DNA of 64,000 nucleotides from Dudresnaya verticillata. Taxonomy: Eukaryota. Location of the stretch: positions 1,674,001 to 1,738,000 of the forward strand of contig OZ374564.1 in NCBI GenBank assembly GCA_977862235.1. The letters run 5' to 3'. The notes beneath the pieces were generated by a model. It saw only the letters and a list, made by a program, of their open reading frames with translations, did no database searches and had not been told where the DNA came from. A program made the position numbers and the translations under genes. This document shows positions 35,292 through 48,220 of this stretch, piece after piece. Every line of letters starts with the position of its first letter. The stretch's first letter is position 1.

Positions 35292-37879
35292 ATGGACCCT
35301 ACCGTATCGGATCAAGGAGAGGTGCCGTCAACCGCGAGAACACGCCGCGGTGACGATAGCACCATCCCGGAGGTGCCCTCTACTGCGAGAGCACGCCGCA
35401 GTGAGCCCACCGAACCGGAGGTAGCCTCAGCCACGAGAACACGCCGTGGCGATGCTGCCGACCTGAACCCCGGTATGGAGAACCCCGAAGAACTCCTTAA
35501 AGGTGTAGCCAGTAAGCTCGTTAGATCCCGACCTGGTTCAGACACTTCCCGCAAGGGTGTATCCAAGCCAGGTGACTCCAATCGTGTCCATGGGATACTT
35601 TCGGAAGTCATCCCACGGGTGTTGGAGCATCTCCGAATAGAGGTGCAGCCCAACATGGTCAAGGAGGTTGAGACCACGCTCGCCGACACCGTTCCGGTCA
35701 TTGTCAGCTCCTACTTGGAGAAACACCTTCCGGAGTTGGTACAGACGCTCATCCGTCAGGAGCGTCAGGCGTCGGAGATCGAGCAGATGCTCATCCCCGG
35801 ACAACCCCTACCGAGACCCAAGGAACAGCCCTTTTCTGGACCTACACCGATACGGAACAACTTCCCGGTCAAGGGAGAAACGACGTATATGCCAGAAATC
35901 CCCACTCAGGTGTTTCCGCCCGATCCGGTAAGGACAGCGGCAGCCCCTGGGTTACCTACCCAAACTCAATACACCGAATTGGATCCAACACACCAACCCC
36001 AACCGAATCGGAGTACGGTCCCTGGACCCGCAGAAATGCCTGCGGGGGAACGTATCACCGTGCCGGTGGCTTCGCGTAGAGGCAGTGAGCACTCCGATGG
36101 TGACTCCAAGAAAAAACAAGACCGGAGTGGTAGAGACAGTGCTGACAGAAAGGCCAAGGACTCCCACTCCGATAAGGAACGTGACCATTCGCAACGGAGC
36201 AAACGCGCTTCGCGACGGGACAAAGAACACTCCGGTACGGAATCTGATGATAGCCAACACCGCAATAGGAAGAAGAATAAGCGCAAGTCGCGCCATAGGC
36301 GACGAAAAGGGCATGACTCCTCCCATTCCTCGGGCTCTGATACGAGCTACTCCGATACGGATAGGGACGAGCGGCGTCGGGCCAGAAAACACGACGCCAA
36401 ACACCGAGAGGTCGACAGGCCACTCCCAAAGGTGATCCGGCCCCTGAACGACAGGTTCGTGAAGGCGCTGGATTTCCGAACATACCGACTGGAGAAAAAG
36501 AGTTCATAAAACAGCTCTAGCTTGTCCCAGAATATGGGACGTATCCGCAAAAAGCTGGAGGTGCAAATGAAGTCCCACTCCTTCAACGGTACAGACCCAT
36601 CACGGTCCTTGGATTTCTCGCGAAGTTCAAGGATGCGTGTAACATCAACTCCATTTCGGAAAGAACCACACTGTGGTGTTTCCAGTTTTTATTAAGTGGA
36701 CAGGCTGAAGCTTTGCTTCAGGCCCGTCTCGCTGGTGGCACCATGGCGGTCGACGAGGAACAAGCAGAGATGCTTCGCACCTATACCGAAGTGGTGAACT
36801 TTTTGCTAAGGACTTATGCTAACGATGAGGTGATTGCCGAAGGGTATTCGGACGTAACGTCGTTTCGACAGACGTCGGCCTTAACGGAAGAGCAATTCTC
36901 CAACCAACTTTGGACTAAGGCACTCCGATACGGTACAGTATTCTCCGACAGGTCCCTCAAGTCGCTGTTTGTGGAAGGACTCCTACCGGGAACGTGTCAG
37001 CAGATGCGCAATTATCTAGCAACACACCCCCACATGGATTACCAAGCCATTACCCGCTACGCTAAAGGGCTTGGAGAATCCCATCGGGCAACCAGGCGCC
37101 AAACGTCAGCGGTGCACGTCTTCGACGGGAAACCTAAGAGTCAGTCACGACGCTCTGGCGTTCTGTCGATTGGTTCCCCATCGGATTATACCTACTCGGA
37201 GTATCCCGCTGAATCGGAGGAGCATGTGCTCGCCCTGGAAGGTGGCGCAGGTCGAAGCGCCGGCACCTCGTCGGGGGTTACGTTTACTACAGCGTACTCG
37301 TCCCCACCGAGTAGTGTCTACCCTACTCCGCCTCGGACTCCCAACCTTCGCCCACCAGCGCCACGGATGCAACCACCCCGGCAACTCCATTACGGACCGG
37401 CTGATAGCCGCTACGGCCCCGCCACACACCGTCAGGGAACCACCGGGCAGCATCCCAGCCATATTGGTCACCCCCACGGCAACACGCCTCCCCGTCAAGG
37501 GCAGGGCGAACACTGTATTGGAAAACAATCACCTGCCGCAGAGCACACGGATCACACCTCACCGGATGTCAGACGCCTCTATGGAAGCGGCTACTGTCGC
37601 TTGTGCCTCTCCCCGGACCATGTAATTTGTCCGTATCTGAGCGACACCGAAACGGGTCCCCTGATGGAAGCGCGCGAGCGCAACTATCAGGCGCTACTCC
37701 TCAAGCGGCAGGCCTTCGCTAACTCCAATACGGGAAATCGTCCGCCGGGCAACTACCAGCAACGCCCCGCACGGGTGCTGACTGTCAATGGTGGTGCGGT
37801 TGGCGAGCCCCCAGCTGATATGGTGGAGGAGGTACTTATGGCGCACCCCGACTCGGAAAACGTCGCAGGAGACGTGTAA
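35292..37879 (+). pseudogene. gag: Gypsy 2 gag (stop at 36507-36509, frameshift at ~36600)
   Basis: LDFRTYRL, FNGTDP, YTEVVNFLLRTYA, FVEGLLP, and Cys/His knuckle CRLCLSPDHVIC. Confidence 0.88.
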
Positions 37880-37907
37880 GGGCGTCCCCGTCTCCTCAAT
37901 GCGACGT
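37855..37907 (+). promoter_or_regulatory. Putative -1 programmed ribosomal frameshift signal
   Basis: G_GAA_AAC (37855-37861) followed by stem AGGAGACG/CGTCTCCT (37867-37874 / 37889-37896). The -1 frame is open into pol. Confidence 0.7.
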
Positions 37908-40900
37908 GGTACGCCCACCAATACGGGCTTTGCCGGACTGTCAGTCCGCCACCATTACGGAGTACCCCCTTGATTTTGTTCCAGAAATCCCCCTTGAATT
38001 TCCACCACCCGGTGATTCTGTCTGTGTCCTACAACGGCAGAATTATAAAATCCAGATTACCGTGGGAAGGAGTAATGACCTCATGTTACCTCTCATCACC
38101 GTATTGGATTCTGGTGCTGGGCCAAATCTCATTAACGCCAGACGGCTTCCACGCCACTGGTTGTCATTGATTCGCCCCGCTGCCAGTCCACCTTTACGGG
38201 ATGCGTCCAATAGGTCAATACGCCCTCTTGGTGTCATTCAACTTTTTGTCCGTATCGGAGAATTGCGTACTCGAGTCCACTTCCTGGTGGTCGCGAACCT
38301 CGCTGCTCCGTGTATTCTGGGAACCAGTTTCATTGATCGTCATGTCAAGGCGATCCTCCCACCGGTACGGAAAGTTGTTTTTCATCACCACTCTCCGGTT
38401 TCGCTAATGGGACAAACCAGAAATTCCAAAACGGTGGCTGCTTCTACCCTTCAGGGCCCCCCTGTGTCATCCGCTTCGGTATCGCAAAAGCTCCGACTAG
38501 CAAAATCCCTTATTATCCCCCCTATGACCCAATCCCTTGCATTGGTCACCACTCCTACCGGTGGTTTGTGTTTTCTTCAAAACCATCCCAAACCCATCCA
38601 TAAGCACCTCACCCTTATGGCTAATGGCGTTATGGATGTCATCCCTAACAAACCCTTTAAGGTGTGGCTGACTAATTTTCCCCCCAAACCGGTGCGGTTA
38701 CCAAAGTCTACCGTCCTGGGCCTCGCTACTGCTGCTCCCTCTGCCATACTCACCGTTAACGGTGTACCTCAATTTAAGGAGGGGGGAGGACATATTAATT
38801 CCTTTCCTACTCCTCCTAATGAAAGCAGCAAGGCTACACCCCAAGATGGATTCAAAGGAAACACCGCATCGGAATCAACTACAACCACTGACACCGATTG
38901 GAAAGATAACGTCCATATTGGTGCCAAGGATAAAAAACTCCGCGCTAAGGTGGTTACACTCCTCGAGGAGTTCAGTACTATGTGGAACGGCGAGTTAGGA
39001 AATATAACTGCCGCGAAACACCTTATTGAATTAATGCCTGGTGCCAAACCGGTGTATCAAGCACCATATCGGGCAGGACATAAACAGCGTGAGCTGGAGA
39101 AGGCAGAAGTGGATCGTATGTTGTCCGCTAAGGTGATCGAGCCATCCGCTTCGGAGTGGGCCAGCCCTGTGGTCTTTGTTCCTAAAAAGGACGGCTCCAT
39201 GCGGTTTTGTTTCGATTACAGGCGTCTTAACGCTGTCACCGTTCGGGATTCATATCCGTTACCCCGGATGGATGAATGTATCGACTCCCTTGGAGAAGCT
39301 ACAGTATTCACCACTCTGGATTGTAATAGTGGCTACTGGCAAGTAGAGATCCCCGAGGAGGAGCGTGACAAAACTACCTTCACCAGTCATTATGGATTAT
39401 ACCGCTTCCGGAGAATGCCTTTTGGGCTCAAAAACGCACCGGCTACCTTCCAACGGGCGGTTGACATCATCCTATCTACGGTGAAATGGCAATTTGCCTT
39501 AGTCTACCTGGATGATGTGATTGTATATTCTAACACCGTCACGGAGCATTTCGAACACCTTAAGGAGGTACTCACACTCCGTTCCGCAGGTATAACACTG
39601 AAATTATCAAAGTGTGCCTTCTTCGACACTTCCGTACAGTATCTGGGCCACATAGTGCGCCCGGGCCAACTGGAAGTGGAACGGAAGAATATTCTCGCCG
39701 TTAAGGAGGCTAAGCCACCTACAAACCAAACGGAGTTGCGCTCTTTTCTAGGGTTATGTAACGTCTATCGACGCTTCGTTCCCAATTTCGCACGTATTGC
39801 TTCGCCACTCAATAAGAAAACCGGCAAGGGTCTCGTATTCGAGTTTGGAACTCTCACCGAAACGGAGTTTAACGCCTTTGAGGAGCTAAAGAGACACTTA
39901 ATCTCCCCTCCAATATTGGCTTTACCCCGTCACGGTTTCAATTATACTTTGGATACCGACGCTTGTGACTACCAAGTTGGGTGTGTCCTTCTCCAGGAGC
40001 AACCTAGTGGAGATAATCTACCAGTGGGTTACTGGAGCCGAAGTCTAACCGATGCGGAAAAGAACTATACAACCACGGAAAAGGAGTGCCTTGCTGTCGT
40101 TTGGAGTATGCTAACGCTACGCCCCTACCTTTACGGTGAACAGTTTATACTCCGTACGGATCACGACGCATTACGCTGGATATTGAGTTTAGCAGATGCG
40201 TCTGGACGCTTAGCAAGATGGCGCTTACGCCTATCGGAATTTGAGTTCGAAGTACAATACCGCCCTGGTATCAAGCACCAACTCGCAGACGGTATGTCAA
40301 GACTCCGAACAGGTGGTGCTGACAAAGCTGAACTGGATGAAGAAGTGCCTTGCTTCGTTATGGAATCGACTCCTAATGGTGTAGTGCAACATGGTGTGCG
40401 ACTAACCAATTGGAAACAGACTCGGCAGCCTGATGCCGCAAGCAGCCTTGTCCTAGGCGTTGAAAGTGGAGACACCGAAACGGATACTACGCCTGAAAAG
40501 GATACAATGCCACCCACTCCACTCCGGCAAACGGTCATCCAACAAGATGATATGCGCAATAAGACCCTTACCCGTGAGGAGTTCATAGCCGCCCAAGCAT
40601 CAGATACATTCTGCAAGCTTAAAGCCGAATCGGTGGGATCCCCTGGATCGCAATTTGACTACGACCGACATGGGTTTCTAGTGCGCAAGTCTGCGCTCGA
40701 CGGCGCACTCCAAAAGGTGGTGCCGCAACATATGCGCGGCAGGGTCCTATATCTCGCCCACTGCACCTTAATGTCGGGACACCCTGGCGGAATTAAGATG
40801 TACTACACCTTACGGAGAGACTACTACTGGCCACATATGGCTAACGATGTATTCGAGACCGTTCGGAGTTGCCGCTCATGTGTCAAAACCAAGGGCACGC

Positions 40901-42252
40901 GGTTTAAGCATCAGAAGTTCATGAAGCTATTTCCCGCGAGTGGACCACTGGAGTTTGTTGCGACGGACATATTGGGCCCGCTGCCGAAAACCAAACGGGG
41001 ATATGTCTTCGTATTGGTTATCACCGATCGCTTTTCTAAGCTAACACGGTGCATTCCGTTACGGACGATTACAGCCGTCGTGGTGGCGAACGCATTTTTA
41101 GACCATTGGGTGTATGCGTATGGCGCACCTAAATTTGTACTCACCGACAATGGAAGACAGTTCACGGCGAAGTTCTTCGACGCTGTCTGTGCCCTACTCG
41201 GAGTACGACATTTGCTGACCGCCGCCTATCACCCGCAAACCAACGGGCAAGCCGAGCGGTTTAACAGAACCATCGCACAACGCCTCCGGCACTACGTCGA
41301 GGATCACCACACCGATTGGGATTTATATCTACAGCCGTTAACCTATTCCTAAAATATGCAGGTACACCGGATCACGGATACTACCCCTTTCGACTTAGTG
41401 TTAACTCGACACCCATCGGATATTATTGTGCGTGGCACCCCTGTGAAGTTGGAAGAAACCGTTACGGAGGGGCGTATGACGCCCGTACTCCAGAAGCGGG
41501 GAACCATGCGGCGTTTGCGTTATGCCCTACAGAAGGCGCAGACCAAACAGACTACAGCCCAGTTGAAGTCCAAGGCCCTATTTGACCGAAAGGTGCGTTT
41601 CCGACCGGTGGTTCGCGGTGGCGACCAAGTCTACGTAGATCGCCCGCCGCGCAATTTACGGCCCACCGAACGGAAGGAACGTGACCGATTAGGCCAAGGC
41701 CCTGACCACGTCGGTGAGTTTGCGGAGCAAATGAAGAAGCTCCTCCCAAGATCGACTGGCCCCTACGAGGTGCACACCGCAACGGATACTGTAGTCACTA
41801 TCAAGAAGGATGGCGTCCTGATTCCCATCAGCATCGATCGCATCACTAAGGTACCAATTGGAGTTCCCGTGCAACCGGCGCCGCTATTGGCTCCGCCGGT
41901 TACGCCACACACCGACATGGACGGTACAGTGCCCCAGCAGGCGGGAGGCACCACAGTAGTACCCCAAACACCAGGTGGTATTACTGTAACGCCCCAAACT
42001 CCAGGCGGTATTTCTGCCCCCGTGCCGGATACAATTGATGCCGACACGGAGTATGTCATCGAGCAGATCGTGGGACACCGCGAAGAACCCACGGGCATGA
42101 CCTACAAGGTGCGTTGGTACGGCTACCCACCAGACCAGGATACGTATGAACTCGCTGAGGAGTTGCCGCAAAACTTCATACACCGCTATTGGAATAGAAA
42201 GCGCACGGCAGCCGCTGCAGCTCGACGTCGCAGAACTCCCGCACGTCGATAG
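37906..42252 (+). pseudogene. pol: Gypsy 2 pol: PR-RT-RH-IN-chromodomain, one in-frame stop at 41350-41352
   Basis: LDSGA, YLDD, TDACD, integrase H..H..C..C, TDILGP/TDNG/AERFNR, GPY motif, and chromodomain EYVIEQIVGH...YKVRWYGYPPDQDTYE. Confidence 0.96.
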
Positions 42253-42551
42253 CCAGTCGCTACTCACCCGCGCGGTAGGAGATTTGGAAAAATCGGGCAT
42301 GACCCGTGGACTCCGTGTTGCGAAAACCCTTGCCCAAGGGGCTCTACTCCATATTGGTGAATCGACGGCAAGCAAACAACCACTTCTGGTATGAGGTGGT
42401 CGCCCACTTGACGCAAAGCCTTGTAGGGTGTACGGTACCCCCGCCACTTCGGAGCTCACTCCACAGTGGTGTTATTCCACTTCCCCTCCGCCATTGGAAG
42501 GGGGGGCTCACAAAAGTCACACGATTTTATTGACAAGTGGCATTTCTACGC

Positions 42552-45149
42552 TTACACCGCATTTCGGGGACGCTTCGCTGATGGCGCCAGGTCAGCCTCC
42601 GTATCTTCCTCTTTTGCCGCACTCTCCTCCAAGTCGGGAATATCTTCACCATATACCCTCGCGGTAATCATGGTGAGTCTCCTGCCGGTGTCTGCCATGC
42701 GTTGACGCAAAGCGCGAATGGTACGCCGTAGGCGCCCCAGACGCCCTACCCACAGCACGGCGGTGTTAATGGCCTCATTCGCCGACGCCGGAAGGGGCAT
42801 ACCCGCATCTCTACACCCTTCGCGGAGTCGCTGCAGGGCCGCCCCATCTACGCGCAACTCCGCTTCGGTCCAATTCGTCGTCTCCTTAGGGGCACCCTCT
42901 TCTTGCTTCACCGTCACGGGGTCAACATGACGGGGTGGCCCTCCACCTGGACCCGCCGCGGCCACAAACGTCACGGAGTCACTCGACGCGGGTGACACCG
43001 GTTTGGCAACCTCACCCCGCTTCGGTGTGGGGGTCTTCCCTGCCATTCCAAGCCGTGTTGTCGCGAGTGCCTCCACTTGTTCGGTTCCCACTGGTGTCGC
43101 GTCCTCTTCCATCTCGGAGTCGTCGTGCTCCCCGAAGGGACCCAACTTAGCCGCGGCCGCAGCTACCGCCATGGGCTCCTGACGAACTACCGCTACGGTA
43201 TTCGCCGCCTTGTCCAACTTGGTATTCTTGTCGACCGCCGGCGAGATAGCCGGTTTCGAAGTCCCGATTGGTGTGGATGCTGCAGCCACCCCCGACAAGC
43301 CCCCCTGCGCCTCGATCTCCGCTCCTACAGGAGGAGACTCCGTCACGGTCTTCTTGGGCGATGAAGTCGTGCGGTCGCCCCACACCTTTATGGCTTCTCC
43401 ACCAGGGGATTCTCTGGGCACGAGGACCCTTGGGTCCCCGCGCCCCTTCTCAATCTCGTCAACCCCCACCGGTGTAATCTCGTCTGCAGGCGGACTGTCG
43501 AGGCGTCCCTGTTGATATGGCACACCGGATGGAGTACCCCACTCACGTGATGGCGGAGCCCTTGATGGCCCCTCCATCATGGGGTAGAACCTCGAGCGGG
43601 AGCGCATCGCGTGCCGGCTTGACATCTTCTCGTCGTTTAACCACGCTGCCTCGGGGTCTTCTTCCGATAGGAAATAGGCCATGCCACACCCGGGGTTGAG
43701 CGGCGGCACCGACAACACGCGGTCGTCATTCCAATGATAACCGACGAACCCCGGCGTCCGCTCCCAATTGGTGTCTGCGTGAACCGCGAAGAGACGTTCC
43801 ACGCGCGCCAAGGGGTATTCGGTCCCCTCAACTAACCGGTCTACTCCAACTTGGTGTATAAGGGTGACCACCGGCCCGGGTAGCTTGAATATGCGTCCGC
43901 ACTCGCCCCCTTCCGGATCCGTTCTGCTCCGCGGGTACGCCCTCCAGTCGGTCATCTTGGTATTAGCTCTTACACCCCGGTAGGTGACCTGTAACCAGGA
44001 AAAGAGGACTAACATGGCCCATTCCGATCGGAGTATGCGACCCAACACCGTCATCAGCGGATGGTCGACAGACTTCTCTCCGCCTGGGTGTGCAGCTTGC
44101 CAGTCTCGATGCTGAATGAACCGGTTGGAGAAGTACGCCACTACCATCGGCGTTGGCACTGACAACCAACGGGTGACTTCATACTCAGTCCACCAATCCG
44201 GAGCGGTGCAATACAAGCGACGGTGTGCCCCCGGGGGCACCTGGAAGAATTCGTTGGTGTTCCAAGTGTGGAGTATCGCCCTTCCGAGTCGGCGTCCATC
44301 TCTACTCCGCAACCGGAGTCGATGCTCTTTCGCTGCGTCGTCGGACCACCGTCGCGGATTCGCAAACCAGTGAACCCCTTGGTCATACGGCTTCTCGTAG
44401 CACAGGAACTCGACACCAACAGGATGCTCTCGCAGTCGATGGGCCATAGCCAACAATTGGCACACCTTATCGGGATAGCCTTCTTCTTCCTGACACCTCA
44501 GCCACACGATGTCACACCCGGTTGGAGTTCGCGCTCTGCAGTTTGAGTGAATCCACCTGGCTCTCCACATCTCCTCACGCCGATTCGGAAATGGCTTGTT
44601 GTTGATTAACCCACCGGCGTCAGTAACAGCACTGTATCGACGCCCCTCGAGGGTGCCACCATAGTGGGAAATGAACACCGATACGGGCATGGGGAGACGC
44701 ACCATATCGCGCTCCTCCTCGGTCCGCTGACGCCGCCCGGTGCGGTGATCATACTGCCGGCCTGGCCAAGTCCCCTCATCGGTGTACCCCGTCGAGTCCA
44801 CACGCCCGTGGTAACTCCCCGGTGTCCCCGGCGTGTATGGCAGTGAACCCGACGGCCCGCCGCCGACACCAGAGTGGAGTGGGGGTGAGGTTACTCCACC
44901 TCCGATCTGACCAACCTGGAGACCCTGCGCGTACGCCTCATACCGCCCGTGCGGAGTTGCGCGACGATATCCCCCAAGCTCCATCTCGGTGTTACCCTTT
45001 GAAGGACCGGGTCGTTGTGCTCCCGGCCCCACTTGTCGATCCGGAAGCGGAGTGGGCGCCTGTCGAGCTACTCCGTCATCGCGCCGTCGCGGCACCCTCG
45101 GGCTACCCGCGCGGGCTGGCAGCATTGGCGTTGTGCTCGCCGCCGCCAC
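42552..45149 (-). CDS. Intact 865-aa antisense ORF of unknown function between pol and the 3' LTR
   Basis: 2.6-kb uninterrupted frame; low-complexity ends around a Trp/Tyr-rich ~360-aa core; C-terminal helix and basic tail SAKRPR. Listed start is GTG; first ATG is 8 codons later. Confidence 0.8.
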   Translation of the reverse strand: MAAASTTPMLPARAGSPRVPRRRDDGVARQAPTPLPDRQVGPGAQRPGPSKGNTEMELGGYRRATPHGRYEAYAQGLQVGQIGGGVTSPPLHSGVGGGPSGSLPYTPGTPGSYHGRVDSTGYTDEGTWPGRQYDHRTGRRQRTEEERDMVRLPMPVSVFISHYGGTLEGRRYSAVTDAGGLINNKPFPNRREEMWRARWIHSNCRARTPTGCDIVWLRCQEEEGYPDKVCQLLAMAHRLREHPVGVEFLCYEKPYDQGVHWFANPRRWSDDAAKEHRLRLRSRDGRRLGRAILHTWNTNEFFQVPPGAHRRLYCTAPDWWTEYEVTRWLSVPTPMVVAYFSNRFIQHRDWQAAHPGGEKSVDHPLMTVLGRILRSEWAMLVLFSWLQVTYRGVRANTKMTDWRAYPRSRTDPEGGECGRIFKLPGPVVTLIHQVGVDRLVEGTEYPLARVERLFAVHADTNWERTPGFVGYHWNDDRVLSVPPLNPGCGMAYFLSEEDPEAAWLNDEKMSSRHAMRSRSRFYPMMEGPSRAPPSREWGTPSGVPYQQGRLDSPPADEITPVGVDEIEKGRGDPRVLVPRESPGGEAIKVWGDRTTSSPKKTVTESPPVGAEIEAQGGLSGVAAASTPIGTSKPAISPAVDKNTKLDKAANTVAVVRQEPMAVAAAAAKLGPFGEHDDSEMEEDATPVGTEQVEALATTRLGMAGKTPTPKRGEVAKPVSPASSDSVTFVAAAGPGGGPPRHVDPVTVKQEEGAPKETTNWTEAELRVDGAALQRLREGCRDAGMPLPASANEAINTAVLWVGRLGRLRRTIRALRQRMADTGRRLTMITARVYGEDIPDLEESAAKEEDTEADLAPSAKRPRNAV

Positions 45150-45443
45150 AACTCCTGATATGGTGTCCGCAGGTCCGCCGCCTTCTCCCTATTCTGCCTC
45201 CGGCGCAGGAGCCGCCCCCACCAATGGTGTACGCCGTGTCGGTTGAAAGGGGCTCCGTGCGCGGTCAGTGTTGCCGCCCGCCATCGCTAGCGGCACACCG
45301 GGTTGGACTTGCACGTTGGTCGACTTGCTCGAAGTGGAGTGCACCGATGAGGTTTGCTCGGTTGTTGGATACACCTGAGTGGATTTGTTGTAGAAGACGT
45401 GCCGAGGCGCACGAGGACGTGGCGCCATTTAAGGAGCGGGGTC

Positions 45444-46118
45444 TGTGGTGAAGCGGCCGTTTCGGAGTGCGGACGACGGTTGAGCCGACCCGCGCCCGGC
45501 GCAGTGGTGAGCTGGCGCCAAAAGCCGAAACGGAGTGCAGCGACACAGTAGGACTGTACGCCTTGCTGGAGTCTGCGCGCACCACCAATAGGAGTCAAGT
45601 AGTTGATTTATTTGTAATTAGGTAATTATAATCATGCTGTACAGTACGTAGTGTCAGCCGGCCAATAAGAATGCCGAGCATGTCCGAAACGGTGACCGGG
45701 ACCAGTAGGGCCGGACCCACCTGGTGGACCAGACCCATTGGGGTCTGGCCCACACGGACCGGACCGCGGGGCGTATCTCCCAGTATATTAATGGGTGGCC
45801 ACCGCGAGGTCTACAGTAAGCGGGTACGCAACCCTGGGCAAAGTGACTTACCCTAAGCCTTACCCTCATACTCCTTTACGGTTTCCACTCGCCATCACCG
45901 TGCACTGATTCCTCCTACCTCCGTCCCGGTGTAGCTGCCCTGGCACTGTACCGTCCCCCTTGTCTGTTGCGTCCCTTTACTCCTTACAGGTGTTGCCGCT
46001 CGAGGTACTCCCTTCGGTCTACGAACTAAGCTCTACCACCCCGGTGCCGTGTGAGATCACTACTTATTGGGATTGCCTGATCAGCTCTCCTTACAGGTGT
46101 GCCTTTCACTGCACCACA
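45444..46118 (+). repeat. 3' LTR of Gypsy element 2
   Basis: Direct repeat of 34453-35127, same length. Confidence 0.97.
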
Positions 46119-48220
46119 ATTGTAAAGCACCTGGAAGGGGGACTACGGTGAGCCCGTGTAGACCAAATAAAGGGTACAGACCCGAAACCCATCGTAGGGT
46201 TCTATTCAGCAGACCCCTGCTAGGCAAGGGCGCAATAAATATGGCGAAGGCCGAAAGCGCCTTCGCCGCTATTCCTATTCTAAGCTATCGTAGTTAGCGT
46301 TAATAATTACAATGAGGTAGTGAGCGGTCGTACTCCGCCCTGCTCACGTTAGGTACTCATGACTCGGGCAAGCTCCGGTGCGGGAGGCCATGATAAATTA
46401 GCCAATCACGGCCAGCAATCTCATTGGCGTCGTTCTGTTACCAGCAATGCCATGCAGAGTGGCCAGCAATGCATTGGGCCCTACAGCACATCAGCACGTG
46501 CAGCGCGTTACAGGCGCGCGCCACGCGCAATCTTATCCGCGCATTACAGGCCATAACACGTGTAGTGCTTACAGCCTCTGGAGCTCATTGTACCACAATC
46601 GGTCGTTCTCTATACTTTCGCTCGTTTTATCAAGAGGTTTCCGTTTCGCGAAGCCCCTTATTCCAATTCATGTATCATTATCAATGATCTGGGATAAATA
46701 CTGGAAAAATGCAATCCCGTAACAAGCTGGGCAACCCGATTGGGCATGGACTAGGAATCTAATTTATTAAATAACCTGTTATTTGCTGTATGAATCGACG
46801 TTAATTTCGTCATTCATCCTAATTCCGTTATTTACCTGTAATGGTACAGCAATAGACAGCAGAGTACGAAGCAGGAGGGAGAAACATAGCGGTAACCCAC
46901 TCCCGTGCTGCCACATTGAAGACGATTTTCGCCTGCAAGGATTAACAATGAGACATGCTCAGGTTTTTTCACTGTGAGCGGCTCAGTTCGTGCAATGGTT
47001 CCGAATGAGTGCCTTATAATCTATTGCTGTATCTGTCTCGAAGCTTCACAAGTTCAAGGAAACATTAATTGTAAAACGTCTACAGGATGGATTTGTCCAA
47101 TGCCACATCAGAATGATTAAACTGAAAGGAAAACAGCGTTCTCGTCATCGGTTTCAATGGCATCAGTAACCGGAGCCTTCCGTAGAAAGAAACATAATCA
47201 ACTTACCTGTATCAAGGTAGTGCTGGTCACTCAAGTCAAATACATTATTAACGGAGTGAATGTCCAAGATTGTGCTTCCAACAGAATCTTCGAGACCCAT
47301 AGTAATACTGTCTTTCCCTTTCTAGGCATAATACATTGGTCCATCATACGCCAACGTAACGTTGTACGGTTTCGGAGATTGTACAATTGTTGTGGCCCTG
47401 AACAGTATTGCATGGAGCACCTCCAAAAGCGACACCCAAATGGAGAGCCAGACCGATCGGACTTCGTACAAACTGGCCGAACATGAGTGTGCCATTCAAC
47501 AGCTTTGTGGGGAAACGTCAGATGGTTGTGCCCGAAGCGTGAGCGAAAAATGTTTTCGCTAAGCCTCTAAGCTTCGACTTGTAACCAACCAGCAGAAAAT
47601 GAAGAAGTTGCATGTATGGGGGAAAATGGCGCTAGTCACTGATTCTGGCACAGCTTTGCAAACCTCTCATGCTTAGTGCAGTAGGAACGTGAGCGTGTGT
47701 TGTTTAGAACACTTGCAGACTAGCTATATATCTCTAGAAGGTCAACTTTGTAGGAAGGTGACCTCAGGTGATTTCGACGCCGTCTCCAATGGATAACAGA
47801 GTGGCAACTGAAAAAGAATGGGAGAATATTCGGAGATGCGTTATGCATTTACACCGAGCGGAACAGGCGCAACACAATGAGTTTTACTAGCTCGTGGGTG
47901 GTTTAAGCGGAGAAAAGTACTCTCCAAGACCGAGTACTATTTGACGATATGGAAAGAACTGCATTCTTTTTCATCAACATTACTTCAGCCTGCCTCTTGC
48001 TGGCGACTTGTTGGTAGTAGCGCCGGGGAGAAAACATTGCCGAAACGTCGCAAAACGGCATCAGACTACCACTGCTTTGTAACCATCATTGGGAAGTAAC
48101 ATGTGCTCTGCTATGGGTGAGTGCTGATATAGAATAGTCTTTAGTTTGTGGCAGATGCTCAGGTAATCGAGGTCCCCTTCCAAGAGTTCCGCAATTACTC
48201 TCGCTGAGAAGTATCGTTTC

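Larger units (their letters stand above)
34453..46118 (+). mobile_element. Full-length Ty3/Gypsy element 2 with integrase chromodomain and antisense ORF (11,666 bp)
   Basis: 675-bp LTRs, TSD ATTGT (34448-34452 / 46119-46123), PBS, gag, pol, PPT AAGGAGCGGGG (45431-45441). Confidence 0.97.
34231..46597 (-). mobile_element. Solo LTR (~700 bp net: 34231-34452 + 46124-46597) split by Gypsy element 2
   Basis: TG at 34231, CA at 46596-46597, perfect 5-bp TSD ATCGG (34226-34230 / 46598-46602). Minus-strand start TGTGGTACAA resembles the LTR at 3. Confidence 0.85.
29700..46701 (-). mobile_element. DIRS-order tyrosine-recombinase retrotransposon (~4.6 kb net) with direct terminal repeats; 5' repeat split by a 12.4-kb nested insertion
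   Basis: gag, RT/RH/MT and YR on the minus strand. Repeat 29700-30014 matches 34025-34230 joined to 46603-46701. Confidence 0.9.

Noticed and set aside
46800..48200. Possible decayed host gene (protein-like minus-strand stretch ~47170-47490)
   Set aside because: Stops in all frames and no recognisable motif.
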